Assembly: GCA_964352745.1 (NCBI GenBank)
Contig: CAYGTH010000004.1
Coordinates: forward strand, 1-50,378
Reading direction: 5' to 3'
Origin: an uncultured Bacteroidia bacterium
GTDB lineage: Bacteria > Bacteroidota > Bacteroidia > J057
Length of the DNA stretch: 50,378 bases
The position numbers and the translations under genes are program-made. Below the pieces are notes generated by a model that had not been told where the DNA came from, made no database searches, and was given only the letters and a program-made list of their open reading frames with translations. Below, one piece after another: positions 44,173-50,378 of this stretch; position 1 is the stretch's first letter, and each line of letters starts with the position of its first letter.

Positions 44173-46449
44173 CTACCGATGCTCTACGATGAGTTCTGGT
44201 ACTTTATACAGTTGCTTCATCCATTCGAAGCTCTGCTGATTTTTGGGAGTATCCAGACTTTTGAGAATATTTTGTTTCTCCCGGGCGGTGAGGTGCCAAC
44301 TCAGGGAAGCAGGCGCATCACTGGTTTCTCGTGGGTATTCAAATGCTACGACCTCTACAAATCCTTTATACCACTGCCGCATGTATTCCAACTGATAGTC
44401 ATTACTCATATCCCGGGACTCAGTGAGGGAGTTATAGCCGCCACCCAATGGGTTGAGCATTTTTCCAAAAGTATTTTGCCGGGAGGGATCCAATATCGGA
44501 TCCTCGCGCTCATTGTCTCTAATCTGCACAAACACAACGCCATCCGTGTTTTGAGCAAACCAATCCTTGAACTCAAACAAATATTGTAAGGCTGATTGCA
44601 TGCCGTAATTGTCCATTGCGCCAGCATCCATCACTTCCATAGGCGGCTGACTCGGCAATTCGACAGTAGGGAGAATAAAAGGGAATGTGGCATTCATGCG
44701 CAGCGCTGTGGTCATCAGCAAACTATCTGCTCCATGTTGGGCAAATAATCTCCGGAACTCTACTCCCGATGTTTTGGAAGCATACTGATTTGTGATTGGG
44801 GCAGGCCGGGACAAAAATGAAACCGGGCTTGCGGCGATATACAATTTTCGGCCCTGATTCAGGATCGTCGGAGTGAGCAGCAGCATGGGAATTCGCCCTT
44901 CTTGCTCTGCCAGTCGATAATCCCCGAGACGTTTTCCGGCAAACTCCGGCATATTCTCCGCCAATTGCCGATCAAAGACATAGCCCGTTTCCCGGTCATA
45001 GGATTTTCCATCAATTTGTACCGATTGATTCGGCAAAAAGATATCTGTAAATACTTTGAAAATGATCCGATTGAGTAAATCCTGCGAGATATTATCAGCG
45101 TATTTGCTATCCTGCAAGGCTTCAATTTCGGCTTCCTGACGTAGCTGGTACAACTCCCTGAAATAGGCAAGGCCCAACATCCCGCCGGAGGCACCTGTCA
45201 TCAGACGGATTTCATCAGATAAATTACCGCTTGTGAGGCTGTCCAATCTTTGCAGGATATTGAAGGTCCAATAAGAAGAACGAAGTCCGCCCCCAGATGC
45301 CATCACAAAGACCGCTTTAGGCCGCGTATGTTTTCCATACTTTCCTTGATAGCGATCCTTCCAGTTTTCCAGCGATGCAATTGTAGCTGCCCGATCTTCT
45401 TCGTAATTTGCCTCATTATGCAATACAGAAATAGAAGCCTCCTCATATAGGGCGGGCTCAATATCGTAATTCAGACCAAATGCGTGATTTTGTTCGTGCA
45501 AAAAATCTACCCGATCATATAAAAACAGAAAAGCCAGTACCACTGCAAATGCGAGAACCCCTACTTTCCGAAACCAGAAAATCACGGCTCCTGAGGTCAT
45601 GAGGACCAATGAAAAAATCAACAACAAGGTTGCTCCAGCGGGAATTTGAAAATGCTGCCCCCCTTCCAATAAGCTCAAGACAGCTATCAGTAAAAAGGTC
45701 AAAATTTGAAGGGTGAGGAGTTTTCCGTGATTCTGACTCAGGATTCCTACGATATTCCGGAATTCGATATTCCCTAATTCCTCCACAGGCTTTATGTCAA
45801 AAGGAAATCGAATGTAATAATCAGCCCGCTGGCGAGAGCGATAACTTTGGCGAGCTTTTCCGAGGATAATCCAGAGGTTTCGGCTGTTTTTCTTACCGAT
45901 AAAGCCACGCTGTAATTCGTTTCCAAATCGCTGAATCAGCGATTTGCTGGCAAAGAAATAGCTCACAGACAAAATAAATACGACTGATATCCCGAGTAGC
46001 AGGCCCATCACTTTTTCCGCAACTCCTGATGAGAATCCCTCATGGGTTTGTACCTGGAATTCGATAAACTGATATCCAATCCAAGCGATACACGTGCCGG
46101 GAATCAGGAAATTGTTATAGGAAAAAGTCAGAAAAGGGCTGCCTGTTAAGGCGATAAAATGAAAACGATAGCTCTCATTGATATAGAGCGTGATCATGTA
46201 GGCAAACAAAAAGCCTCCAAGCGCAGACCCGACAATAAAAACACTCCAAAAATTCTCTTGTCCCAGATACTCTGGCTCCAGAAACAGGTAATTCATCCCA
46301 AAAGATTCTCCGATAAACCCAGAAACTATGCCCATCAGAATCAACCATAAAATCAACAGAGATTTTTGATTGCGAATCTGGATCACCAGTAACTGTACCG
46401 GTAATGAGTAGACAAAGGAGCCGAGTATTTTTTGGATTTTCTGTTTCAC
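44173..46449 (-). CDS. patatin-like phospholipase fused to an N-terminal polytopic membrane domain
   Basis: 758 aa. Roughly the first 330 aa contain about 7-8 hydrophobic helices. Then come the patatin motifs ASGGGLRS (oxyanion hole), GASGG (GxSxG) and DAGAMDN (catalytic Asp). The start is GTG at 46449. Confidence 0.75.
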   Translation of the reverse strand: MKQKIQKILGSFVYSLPVQLLVIQIRNQKSLLILWLILMGIVSGFIGESFGMNYLFLEPEYLGQENFWSVFIVGSALGGFLFAYMITLYINESYRFHFIALTGSPFLTFSYNNFLIPGTCIAWIGYQFIEFQVQTHEGFSSGVAEKVMGLLLGISVVFILSVSYFFASKSLIQRFGNELQRGFIGKKNSRNLWIILGKARQSYRSRQRADYYIRFPFDIKPVEELGNIEFRNIVGILSQNHGKLLTLQILTFLLIAVLSLLEGGQHFQIPAGATLLLIFSLVLMTSGAVIFWFRKVGVLAFAVVLAFLFLYDRVDFLHEQNHAFGLNYDIEPALYEEASISVLHNEANYEEDRAATIASLENWKDRYQGKYGKHTRPKAVFVMASGGGLRSSYWTFNILQRLDSLTSGNLSDEIRLMTGASGGMLGLAYFRELYQLRQEAEIEALQDSKYADNISQDLLNRIIFKVFTDIFLPNQSVQIDGKSYDRETGYVFDRQLAENMPEFAGKRLGDYRLAEQEGRIPMLLLTPTILNQGRKLYIAASPVSFLSRPAPITNQYASKTSGVEFRRLFAQHGADSLLMTTALRMNATFPFILPTVELPSQPPMEVMDAGAMDNYGMQSALQYLFEFKDWFAQNTDGVVFVQIRDNEREDPILDPSRQNTFGKMLNPLGGGYNSLTESRDMSNDYQLEYMRQWYKGFVEVVAFEYPRETSDAPASLSWHLTAREKQNILKSLDTPKNQQSFEWMKQLYKVPELIVEHR

Positions 46450-46458
46450 ATTGTTTGA

Positions 46459-46540
46459 TTTTTATACGTGTATTTCGTTCTAACCCGATCAGATACATCT
46501 GATCCGAACAGCCGGTAATCTTAGTTAACACGTATAAAAA
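46459..46540 (-). promoter_or_regulatory. compound stem-loop in the 5' region of the patatin gene
   Basis: A perfect 13-bp inverted repeat, TTTTTATACGTGT (46459-46471) and ACACGTATAAAAA (46528-46540), encloses a nested hairpin GATCAG-ATACAT-CTGATC (46487-46504). The structure ends 10 nt upstream of the GTG start. Confidence 0.5.
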
Positions 46541-46577
46541 GTTCCTACCTATTATTACGGAGAAATATAAAAAAGGG

Positions 46578-46601
46578 TAGCCGGGAATCCCGGCTATTTT
46601 T
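46578..46601 (-). terminator. bidirectional terminator after the SIS gene
   Basis: TAGCCGGG-AAT-CCCGGCTA is flanked by an A-run and a T-run. Confidence 0.75.
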
Positions 46602-46672
46602 CAATTCGATCTAACGGGGGAAGATGTGAGTAAAGAGATGCCAGATAAAAGACAGGAGAGCTTTCGTGGTCT

Positions 46673-47299
46673 TTACTTCCCTTCTTTTTTGAGTGGGGAA
46701 TTGCGGGAAAAAATGTCTATCTGGTCTTCACAATACAATTTAGCATCTAATATCGAATGGATAATCAACTGATGCAGGGTTTCCACTACGCCATAGGAAT
46801 AGGAAGGAACATAAAAATCCACATCGCCTAAGCCTCGTAGCCGATTATCTGTATCAAATCCGGAACAGGTAATCACCCGGCTTCCTTTTGCTTTAGCAGC
46901 TTTTGCTCCCCGAATGATGTTTTCAGAACTTCCGGATGTACTGATACAAATCAGCAAATCTCCCGGATCTGCAAATTGAGATATGGGAGTCGCAAAAACA
47001 TCTTCATATCCGATATCATTTGCCAAACAGGTAAGGAGGGAAGAATCATTGAAGGCCATGGCTCTGAATTTTCCGTTTTTCAGAAAATCTGTTGCCATAT
47101 GGCTCGCAACCCCGGCACTGCCCCCATTTCCAATAATCATGATCTTTTTATCAGCCTGCTGGATTTCAGTGAGCCACTCTGTGATCGTTTCCAGCGCAGA
47201 TCCGTACGCTGTCTTTTCCGCTTCCATTTCCACTTCGATCCCATCCAGGGCCATGTGGAAGGATTGAACATAAGTTGAATAAAATGTTGGGATGCTCAC
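46673..47299 (-). CDS. SIS-domain sugar-phosphate isomerase (GmhA-like)
   Basis: It has IMIIGNGGSAGVASHMATDF, like the GmhA GNGGS motif, and ISTSGSSENI. The start is either GTG 47299 or ATG 47254. Confidence 0.65.
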   Translation of the reverse strand: MSIPTFYSTYVQSFHMALDGIEVEMEAEKTAYGSALETITEWLTEIQQADKKIMIIGNGGSAGVASHMATDFLKNGKFRAMAFNDSSLLTCLANDIGYEDVFATPISQFADPGDLLICISTSGSSENIIRGAKAAKAKGSRVITCSGFDTDNRLRGLGDVDFYVPSYSYGVVETLHQLIIHSILDAKLYCEDQIDIFSRNSPLKKEGK

Positions 47300-47372
47300 G
47301 GTATTTGCGATTATGGGTTGTCAGTTTAAGCTGGCAAATATAAGGATATTATAGGCCTTCCCTTAGTTTTGG

Positions 47373-48608
47373 CTAGTTTTTGAAACGTATCATCTCTTCA
47401 TACACCGCCAACATTGCCTGAATGGTCGCTTCTGTATGATAGGTTTCGGCAACGGCTTTCGCGCCGTTTTCTCCCATTCGGGCAGCGAGTTCGGGATCGC
47501 GATAGAGTCGGAGAATTTGTTGGGTATAATCCGTTACGTTTTCGGCTTCGTGTACGAGGCCCGATTCCAGTTTGTTAATGAGATTGGCCTGGGCGGGGCA
47601 GTCGCTCACAACTTGTGGCTTACCCATCGCCATGTACTGAAAGTTTTTGTTGGCATAAGTGGTGTCGTGATGTGGATTGCGCTTCAGGGGAGAAATGCAC
47701 ACATCAGCGGATTTGACAAAAGAGGGGAATAGGGCGACATTTTGCCAGCCTTCAAATACCACATGATCTGCTATCCCGAGTTCCTCCACCCTTGCCTTCA
47801 ATACATGGTCGGCGCTGCTTTTTCCTACGAGGATCAAGCGAGCATGTGGAACCTCTTTGAGAATCTCAGGCATCGCCTCTATGGCTGTATCGGTTCCCCT
47901 GCGCAGGCCCGTATCCCCGAGGTACACAATGTTCCAGTTGTCTGGATAGCGATTGACCACTTTGGGATCAATCGGATACTGAAAAAAGATGGCTTTGGTG
48001 ACAGTGTTCGGAAAAACTACAATCCGCTCTGCTGGAATGTCGATATCAGGGTCTTCCAGGATTTGCGCTTTTGCCTCGTCTGTTACAACCATCACCCGAT
48101 CCATTTTGGCGAGCAGTTGGTTATAGGCATGTTTCCAGCGCTTGGGACTGATCAGGAATTTACCGGGAAAAGTCCGCACGTGTCGGTAGTGCTTCATGAT
48201 CTCCGGCGTAAACTCATGCACATCCATCAGGACGGGAAGGTTTCGCTTTTGATTGGCACTGAGCACAGCAGGTGCAATGAGCATATTGTGAATGTGCAGC
48301 AGTTCGATGCCATTCTCCTGAATGAAACGATCGATCTGCCAGGTCATGTGGGCATGGAAGAAAGGTAGGGTATAGGCAAGGGGAGCAAGTTTCGACAAAA
48401 TCCAACCGCCGATATGCCGGTGTACCTTCAGGCCGTCGATCTCTTCAAACGGTGCTTTTTGTGAGTCATAGCAGATACAGAACAAATGCACCTCATAGCC
48501 TGCTTCGATCAGCGCATTGGCTTCATTCTCTATGCGGGGATGTGTAGGGTAGCAGACATCAATAAACATGCCTACCCGGGGTTGTGTATGCGGAGTTGAG
48601 TGCGGCAT
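47373..48608 (-). CDS. GT4-family (GT-B) glycosyltransferase
   Basis: 411 aa. It has the typical GT4 C-terminal half (LILVGKS..., FEGW..., ISPLK..., PQVVSD). It sits within a glycan operon. Confidence 0.7.
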   Translation of the reverse strand: MPHSTPHTQPRVGMFIDVCYPTHPRIENEANALIEAGYEVHLFCICYDSQKAPFEEIDGLKVHRHIGGWILSKLAPLAYTLPFFHAHMTWQIDRFIQENGIELLHIHNMLIAPAVLSANQKRNLPVLMDVHEFTPEIMKHYRHVRTFPGKFLISPKRWKHAYNQLLAKMDRVMVVTDEAKAQILEDPDIDIPAERIVVFPNTVTKAIFFQYPIDPKVVNRYPDNWNIVYLGDTGLRRGTDTAIEAMPEILKEVPHARLILVGKSSADHVLKARVEELGIADHVVFEGWQNVALFPSFVKSADVCISPLKRNPHHDTTYANKNFQYMAMGKPQVVSDCPAQANLINKLESGLVHEAENVTDYTQQILRLYRDPELAARMGENGAKAVAETYHTEATIQAMLAVYEEMIRFKN

Positions 48609-48612
48609 CCCG

Positions 48613-49290
48613 TTAGCGAAATAACAATTTTTGTTTCAGCCAATACCTGAAATTCCGATTATCCTTTTTTGTATTGGACACATATTCCCGGTCAAGCACA
48701 CGCTCGCCCCCATACCCTACAAAATCGAGGAGTTCTGCTCGTCCGGCTTCGGTATTAATAGTCGTCATAGGAAAAATCCGGAAATGCCCCGGATATTTTT
48801 CCGACAGGTCAGTCGACATTTCATGATACAGATCCCAATACATCCCGATGGCCGTTTCCTTGTCGGGTTCGTCAAACTTGGGGAAACTGGCATCCCAACG
48901 AGGATCTTTTTTCCATCGCTTTCCCTTGTGTTCATACCAGTGATTGCGCTTACCGGTTTTGGTTGCAAAACTGCGCACCACGCCAGGCCGATCTCGCTCA
49001 AAACAGATGAAACGCGCATCCGGGAAGGCCACTAGAATGGATTCCACGTAGGGCAAATAATATGAGCCGGTATCTCCAAAAAATGGCTGTTCCCCGGCAT
49101 ACCCCGCGAGTTGATGTAACCAGTTTAAGACGGCTTCTTCAGGACCTTCCCAAGGGAACAGCATCCTCATATCTTCATAAGCGCCCTCGTGTATCACAAA
49201 GGCCTCAGGCTGGTCATTGAGAAACCGACTCAAAGAAACTGTACCACAGCGCCCGGTACCCAATCCTATGATTAACTGTTTTCTACTCAT
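48613..49290 (-). CDS. sulfotransferase-family protein
   Basis: 225 aa. It has a 5'-PSB-like loop (GLGTGRCGTVSL) and a 3'-PB-like motif (FERDRPGVVRSF). The start overlaps the upstream stop as ATGA. Confidence 0.5.
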   Translation of the reverse strand: MSRKQLIIGLGTGRCGTVSLSRFLNDQPEAFVIHEGAYEDMRMLFPWEGPEEAVLNWLHQLAGYAGEQPFFGDTGSYYLPYVESILVAFPDARFICFERDRPGVVRSFATKTGKRNHWYEHKGKRWKKDPRWDASFPKFDEPDKETAIGMYWDLYHEMSTDLSEKYPGHFRIFPMTTINTEAGRAELLDFVGYGGERVLDREYVSNTKKDNRNFRYWLKQKLLFR

Positions 49291-50027
49291 GAATGCGCTT
49301 TTTTGCTTACTACTACTTGAAACCTTCTGAATGGACTCACGAAATTAAAGGCATTCAGGATTTTCAGATTTCCGCCATATTTGCTGTGGTTGACAAAGTG
49401 CGTACTGATCGGCTCATATCCGGTATTTACCAAAAACTCTTTCACTTGTCGATTCGTGTATTCCCGAACATGTCCCATATGTCCAAGCTTTTCGAGCTTT
49501 TCAAACTGAGCATAGGGGTTATCAAACCCTTTGCCTCGTAACAGCGACTGAATATTGTATAGCGAGTAGAGGTTAGGCGTAGTCAACATGATATGCCCAT
49601 CGGGGTGCATGACCCGATTGATTTCCCTGAGCGTCGCAATAGGATTGATGCGAAGGTGCTCAAATACTTCATTGAATATGATGAAATGAAACCGGTTATC
49701 CTCAAATGGGATCGGCTCTGTTTCAAAATTACAGCGTTCTATCCGAAGTTTATTTTCCTTGATAAAATCGGCAGCTCGCTCTGGTGCAAGATCGAGCCCT
49801 ACTGTCGGAAATCCCGATTTTTCCAGCAAATAGGTCATATGACAGGGCAAACTTCCCACTTCCAGCACCTCTCCTTCTGTGAGGTATTTTCGTACCACTT
49901 TCAGGTCATGTCGGTAGCGATCTCTATGGAGTCTAAAATAGTTCAAACTCCAATTGACCAATTCGTCCTGGTTGGATTGCAGCGTTGTTTCCAGCTGATT
50001 CAATAAGGTATCTAGCGATTCTGTCAT
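49287..50027 (-). CDS. class I SAM-dependent methyltransferase
   Basis: It has motif I-like VLEVGSLPCHMT, then FIIFNEVFEHL and GHIMLTTPN. I prefer ATG 50027; the ORF-track start at 50129 is TTG. Confidence 0.65.
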   Translation of the reverse strand: MTESLDTLLNQLETTLQSNQDELVNWSLNYFRLHRDRYRHDLKVVRKYLTEGEVLEVGSLPCHMTYLLEKSGFPTVGLDLAPERAADFIKENKLRIERCNFETEPIPFEDNRFHFIIFNEVFEHLRINPIATLREINRVMHPDGHIMLTTPNLYSLYNIQSLLRGKGFDNPYAQFEKLEKLGHMGHVREYTNRQVKEFLVNTGYEPISTHFVNHSKYGGNLKILNAFNFVSPFRRFQVVVSKKAHS

Positions 50028-50170
50028 GCCTGCCTGCTTTAGCTGGACAAAAGTACGGGATAATGTGGGAAAAGGAAACCATGCCCAATCAGCAGGAGTG
50101 AAATTGAAATTCAAATTTGATGTTGCCAAATATTCCGCCCTTTCATAATTTCGACACCATATACTATATC

Positions 50171-50378
50171 ATGAACATTTCCTTACCAACACTGATTGCC
50201 CTGTGCTGCTTTATCTGCACAGCCACTGCTCAGTCTCTCAACACAGTCGATTCTAGCCTGCTGGCTAGCCTGCCTTCCGACTCTTTGATTGTCGCCGAGG
50301 AAGAACCGAAGCCCCTGAACATAGATGATTTACGAAGACGCATCGGTTACCCGCAAACCTCACGAGATGCAGGATTAC
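50171..50378 (+). CDS. secreted protein, 5' part only (TonB-C-terminal-like segment begins at the window edge)
   Basis: My own translation gives MNISLPTLIALCCFICTATAQSLNTVDSS...PLNIDDLRRRIGYPQTSRDAGL. It has a signal peptide, and the IGYP..A..AG pattern recalls TonB C-terminal domains. The ORF runs off the end of the window. Confidence 0.35.
   Translation, partial: MNISLPTLIALCCFICTATAQSLNTVDSSLLASLPSDSLIVAEEEPKPLNIDDLRRRIGYPQTSRDAGL

Noticed and set aside
43462-46449. The patatin plus neighbouring small genes as a CBASS-like or other known defence system.
   Set aside because: There is no CD-NTase/cyclase, no sensor, and no ATPase or nuclease partner. The small genes look like an independent ParE-type TA pair with its own promoter palindrome. 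The patatin has its own leader and probably its own transcript.
47742-48368. A 208-aa plus-strand ORF.
   Set aside because: It is antisense to the GT4 glycosyltransferase and has no motifs. It is a shadow ORF.

Overview
This window reads as a chromosomal stretch of a Bacteroidota genome. That call rests on gene content seen by eye, not on any search: an ArgF'-type arginine operon headed by a GNAT, GxxExxY and IPExxxVDY family genes, a 58-aa histone-H1-like protein, a giant HEAT/cytochrome-c protein, weak Shine-Dalgarno signals and TAnnTTTG-like promoter boxes. I call about 47 protein genes and 1 pseudogene. I saw no rRNA, tRNA or CRISPR array. Left to right the content is: the arg operon (minus strand, 69-7570: GNAT, argG, argC, argD, argF', argB, argE-like); dtd; a HEAT/cyt-c protein; an ArnT/PMT-like membrane glycosyltransferase; MazG-like and SDR genes; a histone-like gene; two tandem PPK2 genes plus a degenerate TrpF-like gene; an SPFH-SHOCT protein; DUF2480; hflX; selU-selD; an MltD-like lytic transglycosylase; an O-methyltransferase; an M16 peptidase; a lipoprotein; an M20 amidohydrolase; rnc-fabF-acpP; IPExxxVDY-pyk; GT2; a DUF4412-like gene; an M1 aminopeptidase; an M50 protease; accC; DUF434; an OmpA/TolB-like protein; a DUF4403-like gene; a ParE-like toxin-antitoxin pair; a membrane-anchored patatin; and a methyltransferase/sulfotransferase/GT4/SIS operon. 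Most of this is housekeeping. I do not see a convincing multi-gene novel system such as a defence island or a biosynthetic gene cluster. The items most worth follow-up are small or non-coding. (1) Phased heptanucleotide arrays fill three intercistronic spacers of the arg operon directly 5' of the start codons. (2) A GxxExxY gene with an in-frame TGA is inserted between argG and argC and is flanked by ~38-nt inverted arms built from decamer repeats. (3) A 154-bp palindromic MITE-like element with a perfect 10-bp target-site duplication sits right after the fabF stop codon. (4) A 13-bp perfect stem plus a nested hairpin lies just upstream of the polytopic-membrane patatin gene, which is followed by the ParE-like TA pair. 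(5) There is a PPK2-PPK2-pseudo-TrpF cluster and a sulfotransferase-containing glycan operon. All family calls are motif recognition by eye and need HMM/BLAST confirmation.
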